Source of the DNA: Nitrospirales bacterium
Lineage (GTDB): Bacteria > Nitrospirota > Nitrospiria > Nitrospirales > UBA8639
DNA length: 64,000 nucleotides
Assembly: GCA_965203295.1 (NCBI GenBank)
Contig: CBDBCZ010000019.1
Span: 1,440,001-1,504,000 of the forward strand
Reading direction: 5' to 3'
In this document: positions 21,708 through 32,816 of the stretch, one piece after another
How the letters are laid out: each line of letters opens with the position of its first letter
How positions within the stretch are numbered: position 1 is the stretch's first letter
Translations under genes and position numbers: made by a program
The notes under the pieces: model-generated
The model's database searches: none
Told to the model about the DNA's origin: nothing
The model's input: only the letters and a program-made list of their open reading frames with translations

Positions 21708-23540
21708 ATGTGTGGAATCATCGGATACGTTGGAACAGAAAGCGCAACATCCATCCTGCTTGAAGGCCTGAAACGTCTGGAATACCGAGGTTATGACTCC
21801 GCTGGAGTTGCTCTCTTAGAACGTGGAGAGGTTGAAGTACGCAGAAGTGAGGGAAAATTAGTTAATTTGGAAAAGATCCTAACCAATGGGCGTCGGCTGA
21901 ATGGAACAATTGGCATTGGACATACCCGTTGGGCCACCCATGGAAAGCCATCCGAGCAAAATGCTCACCCTCACCGATCTGGGAATGTTGTGATTGTTCA
22001 CAACGGGATTATAGAAAATTATCTGTCTTTAAAACGTCGGCTTCAAAATGAAGGATTTCGGTTTGAATCGGAAACCGATACCGAAGTCATTGCGCACCTT
22101 CTTGCATCGTATAAACAACGAGGATGTTCTCTAGAGCAGGCGCTTCGATCCGCGACCAAAGAGTTGTATGGGAGTTATGCCGTTGCCGCGTTGTGTGTTG
22201 ATGAACCTCATACGTTAGTGACGGCAAGATCGGGTTGTCCTCTCGTGATTGGCCAAAGTGGGAACGCTTCCTTGCTTGCGTCTGATGTCACCCCGTTACT
22301 CACACATACACGGGAAGTGATCTTTCTCGAGGATGGAGACATCGGCGTATTGACCCCGATGGGAGTCCACGTGCTAGGAACGGATGAGCAACCAGTTGAA
22401 AGAAAAGTCGTGACTGTTGACTGGAGTTCCGAGACAGCAGAGAAAGGCGGATACCCTGATTTCATGTTGAAAGAAATTCATGAGCAGCCACAGATAATTT
22501 TGGACACTCTTCGAGGTCGCTATATTTATGACTCTGGAGAAGCGGACTTGCTCGATCTTTCCATCACTGTTGAGGAGTTACTGAACGCCAAACGAATTTG
22601 GATCGTTGCCTGCGGCACTTCGTGGCATTCAGGGCTAGTCGGCAAGTATCTTTTTGAAGAAGTCATTCAGAAGCCAGTTCAGGTAGATATTGGATCAGAG
22701 TTTCGTTACCGAGAACCCATGATTCAAGAGGATGATCTTTTTATTGCCATCTCGCAATCCGGGGAAACGGCTGATACCTTAGCTGCCGCTCGAGAGGCAA
22801 AAAAACGGGGAGCCCGTATTCTCTCGATTGTGAATGTCGTCGGCAGTTCATTAGCTCGCGAATCAGATGGAGTGATTTATACACGGTGTGGTCCCGAGAT
22901 CAGTGTGGCCTCTACGAAAGCCTTTACTGGTCAGATTATTGCGCTGTATTTGTTGGCGCTTCATGTAGGGCGTGTGCGGCAAGTTCTGAGTCTGGAGGAT
23001 GGGCGTTGGTGGTTGGATCAATTGATGGCGTTGCCTGCGCAAGTAGACTATATTCTTAAACGAGAGGACGAAATTTTATCTATTGCGAAACGGTATTACA
23101 CGAAAAGGAACTTTCTCTATCTAGGAAGAGGCATTAATTATCCCATTGCATTAGAAGGAGCGTTGAAATTGAAGGAAATTTCCTATATTCACGCTGAAGG
23201 GTATGCAGCCGGTGAAATGAAGCACGGTCCAATTGCCTTGATTGATGAAGAAATGCCCGTTGTGGTGTTAGCTCCGCGGGATAGGCTGTATGAAAAAACC
23301 GTGAATAACCTCATGGAAGTTAAAGCTCGGAGCGCTCCTGTGATTGCATTCGTGAGTGAAGGAGAGCGTGAATTTAGCGATCGAACGGATTGTTTGTTTG
23401 CCGTCCCTCACACGCATCCGCTCCTTTCCCCTATTTTATTCGCAACTGCGCTTCAGTTATTGGCCTACCATATCGCGGTTTTGCGAGGTATTGATGTGGA
23501 TCGACCGAGAAATCTCGCCAAAAGTGTGACCGTCGAGTAA
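21708..23540 (+). CDS. glmS: Glutamine--fructose-6-phosphate aminotransferase
   Basis: MCGIIG, HTRWATHG, SQSGETAD, PRNLAKSVTVE. Confidence 0.98.
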   Translation: MCGIIGYVGTESATSILLEGLKRLEYRGYDSAGVALLERGEVEVRRSEGKLVNLEKILTNGRRLNGTIGIGHTRWATHGKPSEQNAHPHRSGNVVIVHNGIIENYLSLKRRLQNEGFRFESETDTEVIAHLLASYKQRGCSLEQALRSATKELYGSYAVAALCVDEPHTLVTARSGCPLVIGQSGNASLLASDVTPLLTHTREVIFLEDGDIGVLTPMGVHVLGTDEQPVERKVVTVDWSSETAEKGGYPDFMLKEIHEQPQIILDTLRGRYIYDSGEADLLDLSITVEELLNAKRIWIVACGTSWHSGLVGKYLFEEVIQKPVQVDIGSEFRYREPMIQEDDLFIAISQSGETADTLAAAREAKKRGARILSIVNVVGSSLARESDGVIYTRCGPEISVASTKAFTGQIIALYLLALHVGRVRQVLSLEDGRWWLDQLMALPAQVDYILKREDEILSIAKRYYTKRNFLYLGRGINYPIALEGALKLKEISYIHAEGYAAGEMKHGPIALIDEEMPVVVLAPRDRLYEKTVNNLMEVKARSAPVIAFVSEGEREFSDRTDCLFAVPHTHPLLSPILFATALQLLAYHIAVLRGIDVDRPRNLAKSVTVE

Positions 23541-23745
23541 GCTGAATTTGACTCTTTCCACCTTACCTCATAGCAGTAACTCTCCATTCCTAGGATCCGT
23601 TGCCTTGCGCCCTCAGGAAAATTGAATGGGAGTGTTTCAGTTTAAGGATGATTCAGGAGTCAGAACGTGTTGTGATTAGCAACGTGCAACAGTTGAGCCC
23701 GCGCGTTGCGCAGCCTTTCAATTAGAAAGTCTTTCCAAGTAAGAG

Positions 23746-25686
23746 TTATTGGCTATCGTGTTTTACGGAAGCGGCTTGCTGGAGCATCAATTGGGGACTC
23801 ACCCATCGTTCCGCTGGTCCATGGGATTCCATGATCACCGAGACAGCCACCGTGAGGTAATTTCTTGCTGGTCCAGAGTAATATCCTGCGGTGGGTGCGA
23901 TGTCTTGGTAGTCCCGACCTATGGCTACGGTAATATATCGTTCATCGCATCGACATTGGTGAGTCGGGTCATAGGCTATCCAAACAGGGCTTCGCTGTGG
24001 GCCGCTGGAAAAGAGTACTTCTACCCATGCGTGCATTTGCCCTTCTCCTGGTAGATACCCTGATATATAGCGTGCGGGAAGACCGGCTTGGCGGCAAAGC
24101 GAGAGCATGATATGGGCGTAGTCCTGGCATACGCCAGCCGCCTGAGAAAAGGCTATAGACGCACCCGTGCCGACATGAGTGCGTCCTGGTTCATATCGCA
24201 TGTGGGCATGGACTTGATAGAGAAAGGAATCTGCCATTTCTTCCTGGGTCATTCCACGGTCTTTGGTCCGACGTGCGATTTGAAATAAAGCATCAGAATT
24301 GTCAACGAGTGTTGTCGACCTCGTAAACTCGGCAGATTCAACTGTGCAATCTGATTCTTGAGGACTGACTCCTTGCAAACTGAGGGATCCATCAGCCTCG
24401 TAGAGGCTCTGGGTCTCAACACGTATCTCGACGGTACAAGCGATTTCCTTCTCAATATACACATGGTCTAGCTGGCAGACTAAGTTCCCAAAGGCATCGG
24501 AAAAATGGCGATAGTCGGAAGGTGGATCAATATGCCAGCGAAGATCCAAGCGGTGCTGTCGCCCATAATGTTGAGGGGGAAACATTCGCATAAGGGTGCT
24601 GACGTTAGAAACCGGAGACTCGTAGGTGTAGTTGAACTGATGGCGAACTGAGAGAATGCCTTTTACAGGAGACCGGATAGGCTCCGTGATACGAATAACG
24701 GGTCTCCGACCGTGGTAGGAAGGAGTAGTGGTTTGTGAATATCCGGAACTCCGAAAAAACGCATGGGCGATCTTGTTCGTGATTTGATCAATTTGATCCA
24801 TCACTTGGGTTAAAAAAATAGGAAGCCCTAGTCTGTAGACTTCTTCCAGGTTTCCGAATTCCAGGTCTGAGGCCAATCGACCGCTCAAGCGGTCGCATTC
24901 TCGAATTTCCTGGCCGCGAGCATGACCAGAGAGTCTAGAAAGGAGGTCACGGATAAGAGTAGTGGTAAACCGCACTGAGCGGGGAAATTTATTATGAAAT
25001 AAAAGAAATTGGACAATTTTTCGTGGCACGAGTTGGGAGCGGTAAAATTTCCGGTAGGCTTCAAAGGCGCTGGCTGACTTGAGGATAGCCAGACATTGAT
25101 GATGCTCAGAAATGGCGCCGGGCTCGGAGGCGGCTTTGACCAAAACAGAGTTATCCAATAGTCTAGACGTCCGCCCTGCGCGTTCCACGTTCTTTCCTAG
25201 CCGATAGAAATTCCATCCTTCATCGTGCAACATCGTGCTTCCCATGATCCCTTCCGCGGTATAACACATATGTTGAATATGGTTGAGAAGGTGGTGAGTC
25301 CCTGTCCAAAGTTTGCCAGAAATCTGATCCCTCAGGCTTAAGTAAAAGTCGTTGAGGTGATACCAGACCTCACTGGAAATTTGGTCTTGGATTCCCCGGG
25401 CATTCGAGCGAGTCATCTCGATCAGATTAGCCAGAGAGTTAGGATTCTGGCGATTGAGGGTTAAAAATTCCACCACTGACTGAGTGGCGATCTGGCTATA
25501 GAGTTCCTGATAGAGGGAAAATTCGCCATTAGCCTCCAAATACCCTTGCCAAATTTCATCTTGATCCTGCCAACTGGCTATTTCTAAGAGAAGATGATAA
25601 TTGACATTCGTAAACCGGGATACGTATTCCGCGCGTTCAAGGTAGCGCCCAATCCAAAATAATGCCTCTGCGGTTCGACTGAGCAT
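23746..25686 (-). CDS. Alpha-E domain fused to a transglutaminase domain
   Basis: MLSRTAEALFWIGRYLERAE and FPRS (alpha-E); DAFGN, GVCQDYAH, HAWVEV, YDPT, GRDYQD (transglutaminase). Confidence 0.88.
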   Translation of the reverse strand: MLSRTAEALFWIGRYLERAEYVSRFTNVNYHLLLEIASWQDQDEIWQGYLEANGEFSLYQELYSQIATQSVVEFLTLNRQNPNSLANLIEMTRSNARGIQDQISSEVWYHLNDFYLSLRDQISGKLWTGTHHLLNHIQHMCYTAEGIMGSTMLHDEGWNFYRLGKNVERAGRTSRLLDNSVLVKAASEPGAISEHHQCLAILKSASAFEAYRKFYRSQLVPRKIVQFLLFHNKFPRSVRFTTTLIRDLLSRLSGHARGQEIRECDRLSGRLASDLEFGNLEEVYRLGLPIFLTQVMDQIDQITNKIAHAFFRSSGYSQTTTPSYHGRRPVIRITEPIRSPVKGILSVRHQFNYTYESPVSNVSTLMRMFPPQHYGRQHRLDLRWHIDPPSDYRHFSDAFGNLVCQLDHVYIEKEIACTVEIRVETQSLYEADGSLSLQGVSPQESDCTVESAEFTRSTTLVDNSDALFQIARRTKDRGMTQEEMADSFLYQVHAHMRYEPGRTHVGTGASIAFSQAAGVCQDYAHIMLSLCRQAGLPARYISGYLPGEGQMHAWVEVLFSSGPQRSPVWIAYDPTHQCRCDERYITVAIGRDYQDIAPTAGYYSGPARNYLTVAVSVIMESHGPAERWVSPQLMLQQAASVKHDSQ

Positions 25687-25687
25687 G

Positions 25688-27148
25688 TTATCCTTCCCCG
25701 TATAAAACCCAGGTGTCTTTACTCCCACCCCCCTGGGACGAGTTGACCACAAGGGAGCCCCTTGTTAAAGCGACTCGGGTGAGGCCTCCAAGGGACATCG
25801 TAATGTCCTGTCCCCATAAAATAAATGGTCTGAAGTCAATGTGACGGCCCCTGAGTTTGCTCGGGGTATCTTGATCCGAGATGACGCAGGGGTGCTGTGA
25901 CATGGTCACAACTGGTTGAGCGATATAATTCCGTGGATTTGCCCTAATGAGGTCCCGAAATCTATTCTGATCACTCTGAGAAGATGCCGGTCCAATCAAC
26001 ATTCCATATCCACCTGATTCGTCCACAGATTTCACGACAAGGGAGGATAGGTGTTCCAGGACGTATTGACGGTCGTCATCACGAAGACAGAGATACGTGG
26101 GAACATTACGGAGAATGGGACGTTCAGTTAAATAATATTCGATCATCAGGGGCACATAAGAGTAGATGGCTTTATCATCTGCAACCCCGTTTCCTACTGC
26201 GTTGGCAAGAGCGACATTCCCAGCTTTGTAGGCGCGTATGAGTCCGGGAACGCCAAGGGCTGAGTCGCTTCTGAAGACTTCGGGATCCAGAAAATCATCA
26301 TCAATTCTGCGATAGATGACATCAACTTGTTGAAGCCCTTGGGTCGTCTTCATATAGACTCTATCACCTTCCACTACCAGATCTTGACCTTCAACAAGTT
26401 CGATTCCCATTTGGAGTGAAAGGAAACAATGTTCAAAGTACGCAGAATTATAGATGCCGGGAGTAAGAAGTACGATAGTCGGATTTTCCCGGGCATCTGA
26501 TGCGAGGTAACGCAGGTTTTCCCACAATTGAATAGGATAATGATCCACCGGACGTACCCTCATTTCGGCAAAGAGGCGAGGGAAAATCTGTTTGAGAACA
26601 ATACGATTTTCAAGGACATAGGAGATCCCTGAAGGTAGTCGGAGGTTATCTTCTAATACACAGTATGTGCCATCATGATCGCGAATCAGATCAATTCTTC
26701 CAATGTGAATAAAAATGTCCTTGGGAGGACGAAATCCCATCAGTTCGCGATGGAAATGCTTTGAGCTTTCGACGAGTTCACGAGGAATGAGCTCGTCATT
26801 TAGAATGTGTTGGTTGCCATAGATGTCTAAAAGAAAAGAATTGAGAGCACGAGTCCGTTGACGAAGTCCTTCTTCCAGATCTCGCCATTCACTATTGGCA
26901 ATGATTCGTGGAAGTAGATCAAAGGGGAAGACACGTTCTGTCTAATGGTCATCACCATATACCGTAAAGGTAATACCTTGGCGAAGAAACGCCTGTTCAG
27001 CCTGACGCCTGTTCCATTGGAATTCCTGAATGGTCATTTCCTTCAGACGTTCGATGAGTTGTCGGTAAGGAGGACGAGGCGTTCCTGAGGGCTCAAACAT
27101 TTCATCAAAGCCCTGATTGGGTTTGTAATTGGCGAATAGGTCTTTCAT
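25688..27148 (-). pseudogene. Circularly permuted type 2 ATP-grasp peptide ligase with in-frame TAG
   Basis: GITFTVY, TAG at 26942-26944, then in-frame [45 protein letters not shown]. Confidence 0.9.
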
Positions 27149-27396
27149 CTAGGAATCATCTCTTTTTCGCTTCGTTCCCGGAGTTCTCTCATGTCTTTCT
27201 AGAAAGTCCACACTTGCAGGCACGATATTACAGCGGCGCAAAGCTTGGGTAAACCTCTGAAAACAAAGAAGAACCAGGCGGCGGGCCTTTTTAAATATCT
27301 CCAGTTGCTTTTGATGGCTCATCGAGTGGGTCAGTTTGACCGGTGTGGTGAAAATGTTGAATTTTTCAACAGTCCTCTAAAGGTTGACGGTCCTGT

Positions 27397-29301
27397 TTGA
27401 AGGCAGTATCGTCCGCGATCGTTATGTTACGCGCACTTTTTGATAGACGTCGCGATGCCCTACAACGGAGTATTGAACGCGCGGGACGTTGGCTTGATCG
27501 TGGCACACATGTCAGTTCCCAATTTAGTCGATGGCGGATGGGGATTTTCCTCATAGGGTTTGTTGTTTGTCTATGTTTTTATAAGGCTGAGTGGTTTCAT
27601 AGCGGTAATGGGGCACTCGCCATATTCATTCTTATTTTTCTTGCTGTCGCCCATTACCATAGTCGGCTTGAATACCGACTTAAACGTCTCAGGCTTTGGC
27701 AACATATCAAGCGAACCCATCTGGCCCGCTTGCGTCTGGATTGGGATGGATTGCCTCCTCCCAAAGACGCCGGTTGCCCATCGCCAAATCATCCCTATCG
27801 AGACGATCTTGATATCACGGGTGTGTATTCCTTGCTCAGATTGTTTGATTCGACTATTTCCACTAATGGACATGAATGTCTCAAGGAGTGGTTGCTCAAT
27901 CAGAACGACAATCGATTAGAAGGTTCTTCTTGGGCAGACCGTCAAACTCTCGTGAAAGAAATCGCCTCTCTGCCCAGTTTGCGGGATCGTCTGGCCTTAG
28001 TGGCTCGTCTGATTGATGAACGACCTCTAGATGGCAAGCGAGTTACTGCGCTTGTCGAGACCCCTGTTGATTTTCCTCAACTGCTTCCAGTTGTCCTTTT
28101 AGGATCATTCCTGTGTGCTGCAACCCTCATCCTTGTTCTCTGGTCTATGGGATGGGGTGCTCCCAGCTATTGGGGTTTTTCTTTCAGTGGTTATGTTGTG
28201 TTGTACTTGTTGACCTCAGGATATACGGCTCCTGTATTTGGTCGTGTGCTCGCGCTTCGGCATGAATTAGATCAACTTGTTCAGATCGTCAAGCTGTTGG
28301 AAAAGAGGCCCATGAATCATTTCCCCCATGTTCAGAATGCTTGTCATCCCTTAATTTCTGGAGAGTCTCGACTTTCAAAAGCGTTGAAACCACTGGCATG
28401 GATTTGTCATGGGCTGAGTGTGAAAGCTCATCCGCTCATTCATGTCATCCTCAATATGATACTGCCTTGGGATTTGTGGTTGACCTATGCCTTTCGTCAT
28501 ACGTGTGGCCACCTTCGTCCCCTTCTCCCGTTATGGCTGGAGCGATTAGCCATATTCGATGCTGCCTCTGCTCTTGGCGGTTTTGCATGTATTTACCCTC
28601 ACTATGCATGGCTTCAGATTTAAGTCGTCAATGAACCGAAGGCGTCGATTGTCTTGACTGTTCACGGGATCGGCCATCTACTTCTCTCTCCTGCGAAGCG
28701 TGTGACAAACAATATTTCGCTGAAAGGGTGCGGCAAAGTCATCCTCGTGACTGGCTCGAATATGTCCGGAAAAAGCACCTTTCTTCGAACGATCGGTATC
28801 AACGCGTGTTTGGCCCAAGCTGGTGCTCCTGTCTGTGCCGACTTCTTCCATGCGAATTGGATGCGAATATTTTCTTGTATCAGGGTCACTGATTCTCTTA
28901 AGGCTGGGCTTTCTTATTTCTATGCGGAAGTTAAACGTTTGAAGATTGTGCTGGATGCGGTGAAGGAAGACCATCCGACGCCGGTGCTGTTCCTCATCGA
29001 TGAAATTTTTAAAGGAACCAACAACAAAGAGGGGTTATTGGGGAGTGAGGCTTTTATTCGGGCTTTGGTTCGTAGCAATGGGCTTGGGCTTATTAGCACC
29101 CATGATTTAGAGTTATCTCGGCTAGAAGGAGACTTGCAGGGTGTGACAAACGTGCACTTTCAAGAGACAGTGGAGGGTAACGAATTGGTCTTCGATTATC
29201 GCGTGAGATCTGGTCCCTGTCCTACAACAAACGCTCTTAAAATCATGGTGAAGGAAGGGCTTCCAGTACCAGATGAAGCCCAAGGACCTGCAGAGGTTTA
29301 G
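27397..29301 (+). pseudogene. Membrane-anchored MutS domain V ATPase with in-frame TAA (start uncertain)
   Basis: N-terminal TM helices, HPYRDDLDI; TAA at 28621-28623; TGSNMSGKST, SYFYAE, IDEIFKGTN, STHDLEL. Confidence 0.85.
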
Positions 29302-29312
29302 GGGATAAACAA

Positions 29313-29582
29313 TTAGGGGTCTGACTTATCCTGGTCAGTTTTCTCTCCGGTGGATGTTCCGCACTGGGCACAATAGTAATCATACAGATTGCCAGTGGGG
29401 AGAACGAGAAGCAACCGTTCTCGAGTAGGGGTCGCGGTTTGGCAAGTCGGGCAATAGAGAAGAGAAGCCCGAAGCGACTTAAATTGTGAATCATCAGAGG
29501 GCGGGGTAGGAGATCGTCTTCGAGGAGAGAAGCCATGGGGAAGAGGTCCTGGAGGCTTAGACTGAAAAGGAAATTGAGACAT
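29313..29582 (-). CDS. Small zinc-ribbon protein
   Basis: LYCPTC...RERLLLVLP...YYCAQCGT (two CxxC). Confidence 0.7.
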   Translation of the reverse strand: MSQFPFQSKPPGPLPHGFSPRRRSPTPPSDDSQFKSLRASLLYCPTCQTATPTRERLLLVLPTGNLYDYYCAQCGTSTGEKTDQDKSDP

Positions 29583-29693
29583 AATTTGATCTTAGCCAAT
29601 GAATTTTTAAGGGTCAAGACTTATGGAGTCTTGATGTGAATCCCCACGGCTTTTCCACGCGCCGTAGCGCTCCCGACCTTCGTCGCAACTTCC

Positions 29694-29807
29694 GTCTTCG
29701 AGGGCCGGAACCTTCGGCGGCGGCTCGATGCGCAGGCGTGGAGACGGGAATCCCACCCCCTACCAGGAAAAGCAAGATGGATCCCCGCTAAAAACTGCGA
29801 GGATGAC
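29694..29807. repeat. Degenerate REP-like palindrome in a GC-rich intergenic patch
   Basis: GTCTTCG...CGGGAATCC ... GGATCCCCG...CGAGGATGAC resembles the 8985 and 14060 elements. Confidence 0.5.
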
Positions 29808-29898
29808 AGACGGACATGTTTCCATGACCGTGGCCGCCTATCTTCACAATTTCGCCGGCCCCTGCCTGAAAGAAGAAATGCAAGTTTTTACAGGAAAC

Positions 29899-31470
29899 TC
29901 ACTCGTCAGGAAATCTTTGCTGCGGTTGATGTTGGGGTTTCAGCAAGTCAAAGACGGTTTTCGCAGGATTAAAAGTACTACGAGGAACCTCAACAAAGAC
30001 GGTATTCCAAAAAGCCATGCCTCCGTTCCATAGGCCAGGTAATTCGAGTGCTTTTAATTCCCGTCCTTCATGAGATTTTCGCGTAATAAAGCCTCCCTCA
30101 GGATCAACGAATTGTCGCAAGTCAAATGCATCGCCGCGACAATCTCGAACACCACATATGAGATCCACAGGGTTGAAATAAGTCGATGTCGAGAATAATG
30201 CTTTTTGCTCTGGATTGTTGAAATCCACTTGAGCACTTTCCACGATCTGAAGAGAGAGTAATCCGTTTGTCTGTTCCACCCAAAATGGACCACCGCCTGG
30301 ATCTCCAATATTTTTCACCATACCACAAACCCTCAAGGGTCTGTTCAAACTTCCGACGAGAAACTCTAACTGTTTTTCTGAATTCCATTGATCAAACAGT
30401 GCAGGAAGATCTCTGCATAGGACCTTCCTCGTAAAGTTGGCCACTTCTTTCATGAATGAGGGTGAGACCGCCTTTTCGGCAAAGCTTTGGAGATAAGCAA
30501 ACACAGTGTCTTGAAGTGAAATAAGATAGCCTCCGAGGATCTTTTTCCATAGAACGGTTTCTTCTTTCAAATGATCCGGTACGACATTATCGATATTTTT
30601 AATGAGAATAATATCCCCCTGGAGGTCAATGATGTTTTCCAAAAGAGCTCCATGGCCACCGGGTCGAAAATGCAAGTTTCCTTCCTTTGTCCGAAAGAGT
30701 TGATTGTCTAGATTGACAGAGATTGTATCAGTCGAAGGTTTTTGAGTAGAAAACGTGACGTCGAACGTTCCACCAGAGGGTGCGTAGCATGTTTGGACCT
30801 TTTGAAAATGGCTTTTCACGGCACTTTCATGCTCAGGAGAGACGGTGAAATGGACACGGGCTCGACCTTGGCCGTCTTGGGCATACAGCACCGCTTCCAC
30901 AAGGTGTTCTTCTAACGGTGTTCGGGCCTGATCCCCATATTGATGAAATGTATGGAGTCCTTTAGGAAGGGCCGAGTAATTCATGCCCTGTTGGGTTAAT
31001 AAAAAATCTAGAATTGGGCTTTCTTCACCTTTGCTCCGTAGAAAATCAATATCCAACTCTTTTTGATTCAAGCCATTTCGAATCTCATGATAAAAGGCAA
31101 ACTTGTGGAGCTCTTGTAAAAATCGATCCAAACTTTTCTGCTCGTGTTCATTAAGATCATCTTTTGGCGTTCCCGTGGCCTGAGCGCGACTTCGCTCTTG
31201 GCAGACCAAAAGCGACTTGAACATTCGGCTAGCCGCCCCGGACGCCGGAACGAATTTCGTGACTCTTCCTGCTGATGCAGCTTTTTCAAAGATTGCTATA
31301 GAGCCAGATTGCTCTGGTGGAGTCAGTACAACGATGCCATCGTTGATCGTGCAAGCTCGATGCAGTTTTGTAAAAGGAATTCCCTTCTTAAATTGTGCGA
31401 CTTGTGCGGCAATTTGGTCTGCCGTGATTCCCTTTGAGATGAGGGAAGCTAAATCTTTGTCGGTGAACAT
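29899..31470 (-). CDS. DUF4301 family protein
   Basis: KFVPASGAASRMFK, RPGGHGALLEN, KNIDN, GGGPFW, LELPGLWNG, FNPAKTV. Confidence 0.88.
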   Translation of the reverse strand: MFTDKDLASLISKGITADQIAAQVAQFKKGIPFTKLHRACTINDGIVVLTPPEQSGSIAIFEKAASAGRVTKFVPASGAASRMFKSLLVCQERSRAQATGTPKDDLNEHEQKSLDRFLQELHKFAFYHEIRNGLNQKELDIDFLRSKGEESPILDFLLTQQGMNYSALPKGLHTFHQYGDQARTPLEEHLVEAVLYAQDGQGRARVHFTVSPEHESAVKSHFQKVQTCYAPSGGTFDVTFSTQKPSTDTISVNLDNQLFRTKEGNLHFRPGGHGALLENIIDLQGDIILIKNIDNVVPDHLKEETVLWKKILGGYLISLQDTVFAYLQSFAEKAVSPSFMKEVANFTRKVLCRDLPALFDQWNSEKQLEFLVGSLNRPLRVCGMVKNIGDPGGGPFWVEQTNGLLSLQIVESAQVDFNNPEQKALFSTSTYFNPVDLICGVRDCRGDAFDLRQFVDPEGGFITRKSHEGRELKALELPGLWNGGMAFWNTVFVEVPRSTFNPAKTVFDLLKPQHQPQQRFPDE

Positions 31471-31679
31471 ATTCCCTGAAGAGTCCTTTTGAACAATCGA
31501 CACTTTCGGTGGGGGATCTTGGTTAGAAAAGAGTGGTCTAAGGACCAAAATCGTTAGAGAAGGATTTTGTCAATGAGGAAACTCCGACATCCCTGCATCG
31601 AGAATGGGTTGGGTTGTGCACGAATTGATGAGCAATTGGAAAACGTTCCTTAATACTATAGAACCCTCAATGCCTAGCT

Positions 31680-31877
31680 TTAATCCTGAGCACCTCCTTG
31701 GAGATATCCCATGCCAATTTTTATGGCTCGACGCGTGACTTCAGTCCAACGATTCTCTGGGTATTCGGCGAGAACCTTGGCGATTTTGGGATCCTGAATG
31801 TCGAGTTGAGATATTTTAATGATGCCGTCCTCGATCTTGATCTCTGCCACAAGCCATCCTCCTTCTGTATAGGACAT
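31680..31877 (-). CDS. Small hypothetical protein
   Basis: Protein-like ORF ending VTRRAIKIGMGYLQG; start uncertain. Confidence 0.5.
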   Translation of the reverse strand: MSYTEGGWLVAEIKIEDGIIKISQLDIQDPKIAKVLAEYPENRWTEVTRRAIKIGMGYLQGGAQD

Positions 31878-32082
31878 TTCGTGAACCTGTGGGGTGCAAC
31901 TCATCTCGTCTTCCCCTGGTTTCATACTAATCGCGAAGTGAGTGAACCTCCTATTTTCTTGACAGCGTAAGGAGTGCATGTTAGCATTTTTTCAGGTGTT
32001 TCTCTAACTAAAATCTGTCAACTCTGTCTTGTCATACTAGGATGGCCTGAGACGAAATGAAGAGAGAAGTGAGAGGAAATTC

Positions 32083-32535
32083 ATGAAACAAAAGAAACCG
32101 AAAGAGTTTTTGCCATTCTTCCAGGCATTGGTGGGGATAGTGGCCGCGTTGGTCATCGCTGGATGCGGTGGGGTTCCTTCCTGGGTGGAGGAAGGGTCTG
32201 GTGTTATGAATAAAGATGGTTCGAAAGCGATCTATGGAGTTGGGTCTGTGATCGGAGTGAATAACGAACCATTAGCCTGGGAAACGGCTGAAAATCGGTC
32301 ACGTGCACAACTGGCAAAAAGTTTTGAAACCTATACGGCCTATTTAATGCGTGATTACGCAACTTCGACTAGTGCGGCAGATTTTTCCAAGTCAACAGAG
32401 GAACAAAACGTCGAACGAGCCATTAAAACGTTTACGGCAGTGACCTTACATGGAGTTCGACCCGTGGGCCGATACAAAGATGAAGAAAAGAATGCCTACT
32501 ATGTCTTAACCAAAGTGGTAAAGTGGCATTCATAG
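32083..32535 (+). pseudogene. LPP20-like lipoprotein, C-terminally truncated by a deletion
   Basis: GAGAGG RBS, lipobox IAGC, PSWV; runs out of frame into an LpoB-like fragment near 32513. Confidence 0.65.
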
Positions 32536-32807
32536 CCGGCAGGGATGAACGGAATGAAGTGCGGGAGGAGCGCAGGGATCAGGCCGTGCATGCCCGTGAG
32601 GATTCTCAAAAAGCTCCTGGTCGAGAAACCGGAGCTGATTTTCTGATGAAAGGACAAATCTCCACGATTCAGGATGAGGCGGATGGTGTCAAAACAGTGT
32701 TCTATCAGGTAGATTTGGAATTAGTGAGTCTTGAAGATAACGTCAAGTCCTGGTATGGACAACATAAGATTAAAAAAGTCATTGAACGCAAGAGTCTACT
32801 TTTTTAA
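32514..32807 (+). pseudogene. C-terminal remnant of an LpoB-like lipoprotein
   Basis: SGKVAFIA...ETGADFLMKGQISTI...FYQVDLELV...W..QHKIKK; signal peptide and N-terminal half absent. Confidence 0.65.
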
Positions 32808-32816
32808 GACCAATGA

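Noticed and set aside
23541..23745. Tn7 insertion at the glmS att site
   Set aside because: No TGT-initiated Tn7 end with repeated TnsB sites and no tns genes downstream of glmS
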